From the human T2T-CHM13v2.0 reference genome, Homo sapiens: a stretch of 64,000 nucleotides of DNA. The DNA lies in assembly GCF_009914755.1 (NCBI RefSeq), contig NC_060925.1. One strand, 5' to 3'. The notes beneath the pieces were generated by a model that was given only the letters and a program-made list of their open reading frames with translations, was not told the DNA's origin and ran no database searches. Made by a program: the position numbers and the translations under genes. Positions 1 through 15,794 of the stretch are shown here, one piece after another. How positions within the stretch are numbered: the stretch's first letter is position 1; each line of letters opens with the position of its first letter.

Positions 1-902
1 AGGAATGGAATCATCTCATAGAATCGAATGGAATTAACATTGAATGGACTCGAATGGAATCAACATCAAATGGAATCAAGCGGAATTATCAAATGAAATC
101 GAAGAGAATCATCGAATGGACTCGAATGGAATCATCTAATGGAATGGAATGGAATAATCCACGGACTCGAATGCAATCATCATCGTATAGAATCGAATGG
201 AATCATCGAAAGGACTCGAATGGAATAACCATTGAACGGAATCAAATGGAATCATCATCGGATGGAAACGAATGGAATCATCATCGAATGGAAATGAAAG
301 GAGTCATCATCTAATGGAATTGCATGGAATCATCATAAAATGGAATCGAATGGAATCATCATCAAATGGAATCAAATGGAATCATTGAACGGAATTGAAT
401 GGAATCGTCATCGAATGAATTGAATGCAATCATCGAATGGTCTCGAATGGAATCATCTTCAAATGGAATGGAATGGAATCATCGCATAGAGCCGAATGGA
501 ATTATCATCGAATGGAATCGAATGGTATCAACATCAAACGGAAAAAAACGGAATTATCGAATGGAATCGAAGAGAATCTTCGAAAGGACCCGAATGGAAT
601 CATCTAATGGAATGGAATGGAATAATCTATGGACTCGAATGCAATCATCATCGAATGGAATCGAATGGAATCATTGAATGGACTCGAATGGAATAATCAT
701 TGAACGGAATCGAATGGAATCATCATCGGATGGAAATGAATGGAATCATCATCGAATGGAATCGAATAGAATTATGGAATGAAATCCAGTGTGATCATCA
801 TCGAATGGACCCGAATGGAATCATCATCCAACGGAAGCTAATGGAATCAACATCGAATGAATCGAAAGGAAACACCATCGAATTGAAACGAATGGAATTA
901 TC

Positions 903-3120
903 ATGAAATTGAAATGGATGGACTCATCATCGAATGGATTCGAATGGAATCATCGAATAAAATTGATTGAAATCATCATCGAATGGAATCGAATGGTATC
1001 ATTGAATGGAATCGAATGGAATCATCATCAGATGGAAATGAATGGAATCGTCATAGAATGGAATCGAATGGATTCATTGAATGGAATCAGATGGAATCAT
1101 CGAATGGACTGGAATGGAATCATTGAATGGACTCGAAAGGGATCATGATTGAATGGAATTGAATGGAATCATCGAATGGTCTCGATTGGAATCATTATCA
1201 AATGGAATCGAATGGAATCACCGAATAGAATCGAATGGAACAATCATCGAATGGACTCAAATGGAATTATCCTCCAATGGAATCGAATGGAATTATCGAA
1301 TGCAATCGAATGGAATTATCGAATGCAATCGAATAGAATCATCGAATGGACTCGAATGGAATCATCGAATGGAATGGAATGGAACAGTCAATGAACTCGA
1401 ATGGAATCATCATTGAATGGAATCGAATGGAATCATCGAGTGGAATCGAATGGAATTATGATCAAATGGAATGGAATGTAATCATCATCAAATGGAATCA
1501 AAAATAACCATCATCAATTGGTATTGAATGGAATTGTCATCAAATGGAATTCAAAGGAATCATCATCAAATGGAACCGAATGGAATCCTCATTGAATGGA
1601 AATGAAAGGGGTCATCATCTAATGGAATCGCATGGAATCATCATCAAATGGAATCGAATGGAATCATCATCAAATGGAATCTAATGGAATCATTGAAAAG
1701 AATTGAATGGAATCATCATCGAATGAATTGAATGCAATCATCGAATGGTCTCGAATGGAATCATCTTCTAATGGAAAGGAATGGAATCATCGCATAGAAT
1801 CGAATGGAATTATCATCGAATGGAATCGAATGGTATCAACACCAAACGGAAAAAAGCGGAATTATCGAATGGAATCGAAGAGAATCATCGAACGGACCCG
1901 AATGGAATCATCTAATGGAATGGAATGGAATAATCCATGGACTCGAATGCAATCATCATCGAATGGAATCGAATGGAATCATCGAATGGACTCGAATGGA
2001 ATAATCATTGAACGGAATCGAATGGAATCATCATCGGATGGAAACGAATGGAATCATCATCGAATGGAAATGAAAGGAGTCATCATCTAATGGAATTGCA
2101 TGGAATCATCATAAAATGGAATCGAATGGAATCAACATCAAATGGAATCAAATGGAATCATTGAACGGAATTGAATGGAATCGTCATCGACTGAATTGAA
2201 TGCAATCATCGAATGGTCTCGAATGGAATCATCTTCAAATGGAATGGAATGGAATCATCGCATAGAATCGAATGGAATTATCATCGAATGGAATCGAATG
2301 GAATCAACATCAAACGGAAAAAAACGGAATTATCGAATGGAATCGAAGAGAATCATCGAATGGACCCGAATGGAATCATCTAATGGAATGGAATGGAATA
2401 ATCCATGGACTCGAATGCAATCATCATCGAATGGAATCGAATGGAATCATCGAATGGACTCGAATGGAATAATCATTGAACGGAATCGAATGGAATCATC
2501 ATCGGATGGAAATGAAAGGAGTCATCATCTAATGGAATTGCATGGAATCATCATAAAATGGAATCGAATGGAATCAACATCAAATTGAATCAAATGGAAT
2601 CATTGAACGGAATTGAATGGAATCGTCATCGAATGAATTGAATGCAATCATCGAATGGTCTCGAATGGAATCATCTTCAAATGGAATGGAATGGAATCAT
2701 CGCATAGAATCGAATGGAATTATCATCGAATGGAATCGAATGGAATCAACATCAAACGGAAAAAAACGGAATTATCGAATGGAATCGAAGAGAATCATCG
2801 AATGGACCCGAATGGAATCATCTAATGGAATGGAATGGAATAATCCATGGACTCGAATGCAATCATCATCGAATGGAATCGAATGGAATCATCGAATGGA
2901 CTCGAATGGAATAATCATTGAACGGAATCGAATGGAATCGTCATCGGATGGAAATGAATGGAATCATCATCGAATGGAATCGAATAGAATTATGGAATGA
3001 AATCCAGTGTGATCATCATCGAATGGACCCGAATGGAATCATCATCCAACGGAAGCTAATGGAATCAACATCGAATGAATCGAATGGAAACACCATCGAA
3101 TTGAAACGAATGGAATTACC
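903..3120. repeat. Variant 2,218-bp monomer (three sub-units, the middle one shortened by 26 bp to 442 bp)
   Basis: Sub-unit starts at 1707, 2175 and 2617. At ~2504-2520 the sequence reads GGATGGAAATGAAAGGAG instead of GGATGGAAACGAATGGAATCATCATCGAATGGAAATGAAAGGAG. Confidence 0.9.
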
Positions 3121-6100
3121 ATGAAATTGAAATGGATGGACTCATCATCGAATGGATTCGAATGGAATCATCGAATAAAATTGATTGAAATCATCATCGA
3201 ATGGTATCGAATGGTATCATTGAATGGAATCGAATGGAATCATCCTCAGATGGAAATGAATGGAATTGTCATAGAATGGAATCGAATGGATTCATTGAAT
3301 GGAATCAGATGGAATCATCGAATGGACTGGAATGGAATCATTGAATGGACTCGAAAGGGATCATTATTGAATGGAATTGAATGGAATCATCGAATGGTCT
3401 CGATTGGAATCATTATCAAATGGAATCGAATGGAATCACCGAATAGAATCGAATGGAACAATCATCGAATGGACTCAAATGGAATTATCCTCAAATGGAA
3501 TGGAATGGAATTATCGAATGCAATCGAATGGAATTATCGAATGCAATCGAATAGAATCATCGAATGGACTCGAATGGAATCATCGAATGGAATGGAATGG
3601 AACAGTCAATGAACTCGAATGGAATCATCATTGAATGGAATCGAATGGAATCATCGAGTGGAATCGAATGGAATTATGATCAAATGGAATCGAATGTAAT
3701 CATCATCAAATGGAATCAAAAATAACCATCATCAATTGGTATTGAATGGAATTCTCATCAAATGGAATTCAAAGGAATCATCATCAAATGGAACTGAATG
3801 GAATCCTCATTGAATGGAAATGAAAGGGGTCATCATCTAATGGAATCGCATGGAATCATCATCAAATGGAATCGAATGGAATCACCATCAAATGGAATCT
3901 GATGGAATCATTGAACAGAATTGAACGGAATCGTCATCGAATGAATTGAATGCAATCATCTCATGGTCTCGAATGTAATCACATTCTAATGGAAAGGAAT
4001 GGAATCATCGCATAGAATCGAATGGAATTAACATTGAATGGACTCGAATGGAATCAACATCAAACGGAATCAAGCGGAATTATCGAATGGAATCGAAGAG
4101 AATCATCGAATGGACTCGAATGGAATCATCTATTGGAATGGAATGGAATAATCCACGGACCCGAATGCAATCATCATAGTATAGAATCGAATGGAATCAT
4201 CGAATGGACTCGAATGGAATAATCATTGAACGGAATCGAATGGAATCATCATCGGATGGAAACGAATGGAATCATCATCGAATGGAAATGAAAGGAGTCA
4301 TCATCTAATGGAATTGCATGGAATCATCATAAAATGGAATCGAATGGAATCAACATCAAATGGAATCAAATGGAATCATTGAACGGAATTGAATGGAATC
4401 GTCATCGAATGAATTGAATGCAATCATCGAATGGTCTCGAATGGAATCATCTTCAAATGGAATGGAATGGAATCATCGCATAGAATCGAATGGAATTATC
4501 ATCGAATGGAATCGAATGGTATCAACATCAAACGGAAAAAAACGGAATTATCGAATGGAATCGAAGAGAATCTTCGAACGTACCCGAATGGAATCATCTA
4601 ATGGAGTGGAATGGAATAATCCATGGACTCGAATGCAATCATCATCGAATGGAATCGAATGGAATCATCGAATGGACTCGAATGGAATAATCATTGAACG
4701 GAATCGAATGGAATCATCATCGGATGGAAATAAATGGAATGATCATCGAATGGAATCGAATATAATTATGGAATGAAATCCAGTGTGATCATCATCGAAT
4801 GGACCCGAATGGAATCATCATCCAACGGAAGCTAATGGAATCAACATCGAATGAATCGAATGGAAACACCATCGAATTGAAACGAATGGAATTATCATGA
4901 AATTGAAATGGATGGACTCATCATCGAATGGATTCGAATGGAATCATCGAATAAAATTGATTGAAATCATCATCAAATGGAATCGAATGGTGTCATTGAA
5001 TGGGATCGAATGGAATCATCGTCAGATGGAAATGAATGGAATCGTCATAGAATGGAATCGAATGGATTCATTGAATGGAATCAGATGGAATCATCGAATG
5101 GACTGGAATGGAATCATTGAATGGACTCGAATGGAATCATTATTGAATGGAATTGAATGGAATCATCGAATGGTCTCGATTGGAATCATTATCAAATGGA
5201 ATCGAATGGAATCACCGAATAGAATCGAATGGAACAATCATCGAATGGACTCAAATGGAATTATCCTCAAATGGAATGGAATGGAATTATCGAATGCAAT
5301 CGAATGGAATTATCGAATGCAATCGAATAGAATCATGGAATGGACTCGAATGGAATCATCGAATGGAATGGAATGGAACAGTCAATGAACTCGAATGGAA
5401 TCATCATTGAATGGAATCGAATGGAATCATCGAGTGGAATCGAATGGAATTATGATCAAATGGAATCGAATGTAATCCTCATCAAATGGAATCAAAAATA
5501 ACCATCATCAATTGGTATTGAATGGAATTGTCATCAAATGGAATTCAAAGGAATCATCATCAAATGGAACCGAATGGAATCCTCATTGAATGGAAATGAA
5601 AGTGGTCATCATCTAATGGAATCGCATGGAATCATCATCAAATGGAATCGAATGGAATCATCATCAAATGGAATCTAATGGAATCATTGAACAGAATTGA
5701 ATGGAATCGTCATCGAATGAATTGAATGCAATCATCGAATGGTCTCGAATGGAATCATCTTCAAATGGAAAGGAATGGAATCATCGCATAGAATCGAATG
5801 GAATTATCATCGAATGGAATCCAATGGTATCAACATCAAACGGAAAAAAACGGAATTATGGAATGGAATCGAAGAGAATCTTCGAACGGACCCGAATGGA
5901 ATCATCTAATGGAATGGAATGGAATAATCCATGGACTCGAATGCAATCATCATCGAATGGAATCGAATGGAAACATCGAATGGACTCGTATGGAATAATC
6001 ATTGAATGGAATCGAATGGAATCATCTTCGGATGGAAACGAATGGAATCATCATCGAATGGAAATCAAAGGAGTCATCATCTAATGGAATTGCATGGAAT

Positions 6101-6672
6101 CATCATAAAATGGAATCGAATGGAATCAACATCGAATGGAATCAAATGGAATCATTGAACGGAATTGAATGGAATCGTCATCGAATGAATTCAATGCAAT
6201 CATCGAATGGTCTCGAATGGAATCATCTTCAAATGGAATGGAATGGAATCATCGCATAGAATCGAATGGAATTATCATCGAATGGAATCGAATGGAATCA
6301 ACATCCAACGGAAAAAAACGGAATTATCGAATGGAATCGAAGAGAATCATCGAATGGACCTGAATGGAATCATGTAATGGAATGGAATGGAATAATCCAT
6401 GGACTCGAATGCAATCATCATCGAATGGAATCGAATGGAATCATCGAATGGACTCGAATGGAATAATCATTGAACGGAATCGAATGGAATCATCATCGGA
6501 TGGAAATGAATGGAATCATCATCGAATGGAATCGAATAGAATTATGGAATGAAATCCAGTGTGATCATCATCGAATGGACCCGAATGGAATCATCATCCA
6601 ACGGAAGCTAATGGAATCAACATCGAATGAATCAAATGGAAACACCATCGAATTGAAACGAATGGAATTATC

Positions 6673-8916
6673 ATGAAATTGAAATGGATGGACTCATCAT
6701 CGAATGGATTCGAATGGAATCATCGAATAAAATTGATTGAAATCATCATCGAATGGAATCGAATGGTATCATTGAATGGAATCGAATGGAATCATCATCA
6801 GATGGAAATGAATGGAATCGTCATAGAATGGAATCGAATGGATTCATTGAATGGAATCAGATGGAATCATCGAATGGACTGGAATGGAATCATTGAATGG
6901 ACTCGAAAGGGATCATGATTGAATGGAATTGAATGGAATCATCGAATGGTCTCGATTGGAATCATTATCAAATGGAATCGAATGGAATCACCGAATAGAA
7001 TCGAATGGAACAATCATCGAATGGACTCAAATGGAATTATCCTCAAATGGAATCGAATGGAATTATCGAATGCAATCGAATGGAATTATCGAATGCAATC
7101 GAATAGAATCATCGAATGGACTCGAATGGAATCATCGAATGGAATGGAATGGAACAGTCAATGAACTCGAATGGAATCATCATTGAATGGAATCGAATGG
7201 AATCATCGAGTGGAATCGAATGGAATTATGATCAAATGGAATCGAATGTAATCATCATCAAATGGAATCAAAAATAACCATCATCAATTGGTATTGAATG
7301 GAATTGTCATCAAATGGAATTCAAAGGAATCATCATCAAATGGAACCGAATGGAATCCTCATTGAATGGAAATGAAAGGGGTCATCATCTAATGGAATCG
7401 CATGGAATCATCATAAAATGGAATCGAATGGAATCAACATCAAATGGAATCAAATGGAATCATTGAACGGAATTGAATGGAATCGTCATCGAATGAATTG
7501 GATGCAATCATCGAATGGTCTCGAATGGAATCTTCTTCAAATGGAATGGAATGGAATCATCGCATAGAATCGAATGGAATTATCATCGAATGGAATCGAA
7601 TGGAATCAACATCCAACGGAAAAAAACGGAATTATCGAATGGAACCGAAGAGAATCATCGAATGGACCCGAATGGAATCATCTAATAGAATGGAATGGAA
7701 TAATCCATGGACTCGAATGCAATCATCATCGAATGGAATCGAATGGAATCATCGAATGGACTCGAATGGAATAATCATTGAACGGAATCGATTGGAATCA
7801 TCATCGGATGGAAACGAATGGAATCATCATCGAATGGAAATGAAAGGAGTCATCATCTAATGGAATTGCATGGAATCATCATAAAATGGAATCGAATGGA
7901 ATCAACATCAAATGGAATCAAATGGAATCATTGAACGGAATTGAATGGAATCGTCATCGAATGAATTGACTGCAATCATCCAATGGTCTCGAATGGAATC
8001 ATCTTCAAATGGAATGGAATGGAATCATCGCATAGAAGCGAATGGAATTATCATCGAATGGAATCGAATGGTATCAACACCAAACGGAAAAAAACGGAAT
8101 TATCGAATGGAATCGAAGAGAATCTTCGAACGGACCCGAATGGAATCATCTAATGGAATGGAATGGAATAATCCATGGACTCGAATGCAATCATCATCGA
8201 ATGGAATCGAATGGAATCATCGAATGGACTCGAATGGAATAATCATTGAACGGAATCGATTGGAATCATCATCGGATGGAAACGAATGGAATCATCATCG
8301 AATGGAAATGAAAGGAGTCATCATCTAATGGAATTGCATGGAATCATCATAAAATGGAATCGAATGGAATCAACATCAAATGGAATCAAATGGAATCATT
8401 GAACGGAATTGAATGGAATCGTCATCGAATGAATTGACTGCAATCATCCAATGGTCTCGAATGGAATCATCTTCAAATGGAATGGAATGGAATCATCGCA
8501 TAGAATCGAATGGAATTATCATCGAATGGAATCGAATGGAATCAACATCCAACGGAAAAAAACGGAATTATCGAATGGAATCGAAGAGAATCATCGAATG
8601 GACCCGAATGGAATCATGTAATGGAATGGAATGGAATAATCCATGGACTCGAATGCAATCATCATCGAATGGAATCGAATGGAATCATCGAATGGACTCG
8701 AATGGAATAATCATTGAACGGAATCGAATGGAATCATCATCGGATGGAAATGAATGGAATCATCATCGAATGGAATCGAATAGAATTATGGAATGAAATC
8801 CAGTGTGATCATCATCGAATGGACCCGAATGGAATCATCATCCAACGGAAGCTAATGGAATCAACATCGAATGAATCAAATGGAAACACCATCGAATTGA
8901 AACGAATGGAATTATC
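6673..8916. repeat. Variant 2,244-bp monomer (1,776 + one extra 468-bp sub-unit)
   Basis: Sub-unit starts at 7477, 7945 and 8413. Confidence 0.92.
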
Positions 8917-11900
8917 ATGAAATTGAAATGGATGGACTCATCATCGAATGGATTCGAATGGAATCATCGAATAAAATTGATTGAAATCATCATCGAATGG
9001 AATCGAATGGTATCATTGAATGGAATCGAATGGAATCATCATGAGATGGAAATGAATGGAATCGTCATAGAATGGAATCGAATGGATTCATTGAATGGAA
9101 TCAGATGGAATCATCGAATGGACTGGAATGGAATCATTGAATGGACTCGAAAGGGATCATGATTGAATGGAATTGAATGGAATCATCGAATGGTCTCGAT
9201 TGGAATCATTATCAAATGGAATCGAATGGAATCACCGAATAGAATCGAATGGAACAATCATCGAATGGACTCAAATGGAATTATCCTCAAATGGAATCGA
9301 ATGGAATTATCGAATGCAATCGAATGGAATTATCGAATGCAATCGAATAGAATCATCGAATGGACTCGAATGGAATCATCGAATGGAATGGAATGGAACA
9401 GTCAATGAACTCGAATGGAATCATCATTGAATGGAATCGAATGGAATCATCGAGTGGAATCGAATGGAATTATGATCAAATGGAATCGAATGTAATCATC
9501 ATCAAATGGAATCAAAAATAACCATCATCAATTGGTATTGAATGGAATTGTCATCAAATGGAATTCAAAGGAATCATCATCAAATGGAACCGAATGGAAT
9601 CCTCATTGAATGGAAATGAAAGGGGTCATCATCTAATGGAATCGCATGGAATCATCATAAAATGGAATCGAATGGAATCAACATCAAATGGAATCAAATG
9701 GAATCATTGAACGGAATTGAATGGAATCGTCATCGAATGAATTGGATGCAATCATCGAATGGTCTCGAATGGAATCTTCTTCAAATGGAATGGAATGGAA
9801 TCATCGCATAGAATCGAATGGAATTATCATCGAATGGAATCGAATGGAATCAACATCAAACGGAAAAAAACGGAATTATCGAATGGAACCGAAGAGAATC
9901 ATCGAATGGACCCGAATGGAATCATCTAATAGAATGGAATGGAATAATCCATGGACTCGAATGCAATCATCATCGAATGGAATCGAATGGAATCATCGAA
10001 TGGACTCGAATGGAATAATCATTGAACGGAATCGATTGGAATCATCATCGGATGGAAACGAATGGAATCATCATCGAATGGAAATGAAAGGAGTCATCAT
10101 CTAATGGAATTGCATGGAATCATCATAAAATGGAATCGAATGGAATCAACATCAAATGGAATCAAATGGAATCATTGAACGGAATTGAATGGAATCGTCA
10201 TCGAATGAATTGACTGCAATCATCCAATGGTCTCGAATGGAATCATCTTCAAATGGAATGGAATGGAATCATCGCATAGAAGCGAATGGAATTATCATCG
10301 AATGGAATCGAATGGAATCAACATCCAACGGAAAAAAACGGAATTATCGAATGGAATCGAAGAGAATCATCGAATGGACCCGAATGGAATCATCTAATGG
10401 AATGGAATGGAATAATCCATGGACTCGAATGCAATCATCATCGAATGGAATCGAATGGAATCATCGAATGGACTCGAATGGAATAATCATTGAACGGAAT
10501 CGAATGGAATCATCATCGGATGGAAATGAATGGAATCATCATCGAATGGAATCGAATAGAATTATGGAATGAAATCCAGTGTGATCATCATCGAATGGAC
10601 CCGAATGGAATCATCATCCAACGGAAGCTAATGGAATCAACATCGAATGAATCAAATGGAAACACCATCGAATTGAAACGAATGGAATTATCATGAAATT
10701 GAAATGGATGGACTCATCATCGAATGGATTCGAAAGGAATCATCGAATAAAATTGATTGAAATCATCATCGAATGGAATCGAATGGTATCATTGAATGGA
10801 ATCGAATGGAATCATCATCAGATGGAAATGAATGGAATCGTCATAGAATGGAATCGAATGGATTCATTGAATGGAATCAGATGGAATCATCGAATGGACT
10901 GGAATGGAATCATTGAATGGACTCGAAAGGGATCATGATTGAATGGAATTGAATGGAATCATCGAATGGTCTCGATTGGAATCATTATCAAATGGAATCG
11001 AATGGAATCACCGAATAGAATCGAATGGAACAATCATCGAATGGACTCAAATGGAATTATCCTCCAATGGAATCGAATGGAATTATCGAATGCAATCGAA
11101 TGGAATTATCGAATGCAATCGAATAGAATCATCGAATGGACTCGAATGGAATCATCGAATGGAATGGAATGGAACAGTCAATGAACTCGAATGGAATCAT
11201 CATTGAATGGAATCGAATGGAATCATCGAGTGGAATCGAATGGAATTATGATCAAATGGAATCGAATGTAATCATCATCAAATGGAATCAAAAATAACCA
11301 TCATCAATTGGTATTGAATGGAATTGTCATGAAATGGAATTCAAAGGAATCAATATCAAATGGAACCGAATGGAATCCTCATTGAATGGAAATGAAAGGG
11401 GTCATCATCTAATGGAATCGCATGGAATCATCATCAAATGGAATCGAATGGAATCATCATCAAATGGAATCTAATGGAATCATTGAACAGAATTGAATGG
11501 AATCGTCATCGAATGAATTGAATGCAATCATCGAATGGTCTCGAATGGAATCATCTTCTAATGGAAAGGAATGGAATCATCGCATAGAATCGAATGGAAT
11601 TATCATCGAATGGAATCGAATGGTATCAACACCAAACGGAAAAAAACGGAATTATCGAATGGAATCGAAGAGAATCTTCGAACGGACCCGAATGGAATCA
11701 TCTAATGGAATGGAATGGAATAATCCATGGACTCGAATGCAATCATCATCGAATGGAATCGAATGGAACCATCGAATGGACTCGAATGGAATAATCATTG
11801 AACGGAATCGAATGGAATCATCATCGGATGGAAACGAATGGAATCATCATCGAATGGAAATGAAAGGAGTCATCATCTAATGGAATTGCATGGAATCATC

Positions 11901-14731
11901 ATAAAATGGAATCGAATGGAATCAACATCAAATGGAATCAAATGGAATCATTGAACGGAATTGAATGGAATCGTCATCGAATGAATTGACTGCAATCATC
12001 CAATGGTCTCGAATGGAATCATCTTCAAATGGAATGGAATGGAATCATCGCATAGAATCGAATGGAATTATCATCGAATGGAATCGAATGGAATCAACAT
12101 CAAACGGAAAAAAACGGAATTATCGAATGGAATCGAAGAGAATCATCGAATGGACCCGAATGGAATCATCTAATGGAATGGAATGGAATAATCCATGGAC
12201 TCGAATGCAATCATCATCGAATGGAATCGAATGGAATCATCGAATGGACTCGAATGGAATAATCACTGAACGGAATCGAATGGAATCATCATCGGATGGA
12301 AATGAATGGAATCATCATCGAATGGAATCGAATAGAATTATGGAATGAAATCCAGTGTGATCATCATCGAATGGACCCGAATGGAATCATCATCCAACGG
12401 AAGCTAATGGAATCAACATCGAATGAATCGAATGGAAACACCATCGAATTGAAACGAATGGAATTATCATGAAATTGAAATAGATGGACTCATCATCGAA
12501 TGGATTCGAATGGAATCATCGAATAAAATTGATTGAAATCATCATCGAATGGAATCGAATGGTATCATTGAATGGAATCGAATGGAATCATCATCAGATG
12601 GAAATGAATGGAATCGTCATAGAATGGAATCGAATGGATTCATTGAATGGAATCAGATGGAATCATCGAATGGACTGGAATGGAATCATTGAATGGACTC
12701 CAAAGGGATCATGATTGAATGGAATTGAATGGAATCATCGAATGGTCTCGATTGGAATCATTATCAAATGGAATCGAATGGAATCACCGAATAGAATCGA
12801 ATGGAACAATCATCGAATGGACTCAAATGGAATTATCCTCAAATGGAATCGAATGGAATTATCGAATGCAATCGAATGGAATTTTCGAATGCAATCGAAT
12901 AGAATCATCGAATGGACTCGAATGGAATCATCGAATGGAATGGAATGGAACAGTCAATGAACACGAATGGAATCATCATTGAATGGAATCGAATGGAATC
13001 ATCGAGTGGAATCGAATTGAATTATGATCAAATGGAATCGAATGTAATCATCATCAAATGGAATCAAAAATAACCATCATCAATTGCTATTGAATGGAAT
13101 TGTCATCAAATGGAATTCAAAGGAATCATCATCAAATGGAACCGAATGGAATCCTCATTGAATGGAAATTAAAGGGGTCATCATCTAATGGAATCGCATG
13201 GAATCATCATCAAATGGAATCAAATGGAATCATCATCAAATGGAATCTAATGGAATCATTGAACAGAATTGAATGGAATCGTCATCGAATGAATTGAATG
13301 CAATCATCGAATGGTCTCGAATGGAATCATCTTCTAATGGAAAGGAATGGAATCATCGCATAGAATCGAATGGAATTATCATCGAATGGAATCGAATGGT
13401 ATCAACACCAAACGGAAAAAAACGGAATTATCGAATGGAATCGAAGAGAATCTTCGAACGGACCCGAATGGAATCATCTAATGGAATGGAATGGAATAAT
13501 CCATGGACTCGAATGCAATCATCATCGAATGGAATCGAATGGAATCATCGAATGGACTCGAATGGAATAATCATTGAACGGAATCGAATGGAATCATCAT
13601 CGGATGGAAACGAATGGAATCATCATCGAATGGAAATGAAAGGAGTCATCATCTAATGCAATTGCATGGAATCATCATCAAATGGAATCGAATGGAATCA
13701 ACATCAAATGGAATCTAATGGAATCATTGAACAGAATTGAATGGAATCGTCATCGAATGAATTGACTGCAATCATCGAATGGTCTCGAATGGAATCATCT
13801 TCAAATGGAATGGAATGGAATCATCGCATAGAATCGAATGGAATTATCATCGAATGGAATCGAATGGAATCAACATCAAACGGAAAAAAACAGAATTATC
13901 GAATGGAATCGAAGAGAATCATCGCATGGACCCGAATGGAATCATCTAATGGAATGGAATGGAATAATCCATGGACTCGAATGCAATCATCATCGAATGG
14001 AATCGAATGGAATCATCGAGTGGACTCGAATGGAATAATCATTGAACGGAATGGAATGGAATCATCATCGGATGGAAATGAATGGAATCATCATCGAATG
14101 GAATCGAATAGAATTATGGAATGAAATCCAGTGTGATCATCATCGAATGGACCCGAATGGAATCATCATCCAACGGAAGCTAATGGAATCAACATCGAAT
14201 GAATCAAATGGAAACACCATCGAATTGAAACGAATGGAATTATCATGAAATTGAAATGGATGGACTCATCATCGAATGGATTCGAATGGAATCATCGAAT
14301 AAAATTGATTGAAATCATCATCGAATGGAATCGAATGGTATCATTGAATGGAATCGAATGGAATCATCATCAGATGGAAATGAATGGAATCGTCATAGAA
14401 TGGAATCGAATGGATTCATTGAATGGAATCAGATGGAATCATCGAATGGACTGGAATGGAATCATTGAATGGACTCGAAAGGGATCATGATTGAATGGAA
14501 TTGAATGGAATCATCGAATGGTCTCGATTGGAATCATTATCAAATGGAATCGAATGGAATCACCGAATAGAATCGAATGGAACAATCATCGAATGGACTC
14601 AAATGGAATTATCCTCAAATGGAATCGAATGGAATTATCGAATGCAATCGAATGGAATTATCGAATGCAATCGAATAGAATCATCGAATGGACTCGAATG
14701 GAATCATCGAATGGAATGGAATGGAACAGTC

Positions 14732-15794
14732 AATGAACTCGAATGGAATCATCATTGAATGGAATCGAATGGAATCATCGAGTGGAATCGAATGGAATTA
14801 TGATCAAATGGAATCGAATGTAATCATCATCAAATGGAATCAAAAATAACCATCATCAATTGGTATTGAATGGAATTGTCATCAAATGGAATTCAAAGGA
14901 ATCATCATCAAATGGAACCGAATGGAATCCTCATTGAATGGAAATGAAAGGGGTCATCATCTAATGGAATCGCATGGAATCATCATCAAATGGAATCGAA
15001 TGGAATCATCATCAAATGGAATCTAATGGAATCATTGAACAGAATTGAATGGAATCGTCATCGAATGAATTGAATGCAATCATCGAATGGTCTCGAATGG
15101 AATCATCTTCTAATGGAAAGGAATGGAATCATCGCATAGAATCGAATGGAATTATCATCGAATGGAATCGAATGGTATCAACACCAAACGGAAAAAAACG
15201 GAATTATCGAATGGAATCGAAGAGAATCTTCGAACGGACCCGAATGGAATCATCTAATGGAATGGAATGGAATAATCCATGGACTCGAATGCAATCATCA
15301 TCGAATGGAATCGAATGGAATCATCGAATGGACTCGAATGGAATAATCATTGAACGGAATCGAATGGAATCATCATCGGATGGAAACGAATGGAATCATC
15401 ATCGAATGGAAATGAAAGGAGTCATCATCTAATGGAATTGCATGGAATCATCATAAAATGGAATCGAATGGAATCAACATCAAATGGAATCAAACGGAAT
15501 CATTGAACGGAATTGAATGGAATCGTCATCGAATGAATTGACTGCAATCATCGAATGGTCTCGAATGGAATCATCTTCAAATGGAATGGAATGGAATCAT
15601 CGCATAGAATCGAATGGAATTATCACCGAATGGAATCGAATGGAATCAACATCAAACGGAAAAAAACGGAATTATCGAATGGAATCGAAGAGAATCATCG
15701 AATGGACCCGAATGGAATCATCTAATGGAATGGAATGGAATAATCCATGGACTCGAATGCAATCATCATCGAATGGAATCGAATGGAATCATCG
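14732..15794. repeat. Short 1,063-bp monomer lacking 713 bp of the canonical unit (first copy)
   Basis: The junction CATCGAATGAACTCGAATGGAATCATCATTG at ~15795 skips the CCAGTGTG...GAACAGTC segment. Equivalent sub-unit a starts at 15049 and 16112 are 1,063 bp apart. Confidence 0.9.

Noticed and set aside
539-551. CGGAAAAAAACGG A7 tract as a terminator or phased DNA-bending element
   Set aside because: There is no preceding GC-rich hairpin on either strand, and the tracts are 468/1,308 bp apart rather than helically phased. The tract is a derived variant of CGGAATCAAGCGG-like satellite sequence.
955-960. AATAAA once per monomer as a polyadenylation signal, and ATGA stop/start overlaps (e.g. 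903-906) resembling bacterial translational coupling
   Set aside because: Both are expected by chance in A-rich satellite and are simply copied with the monomer. There is no supporting gene context.
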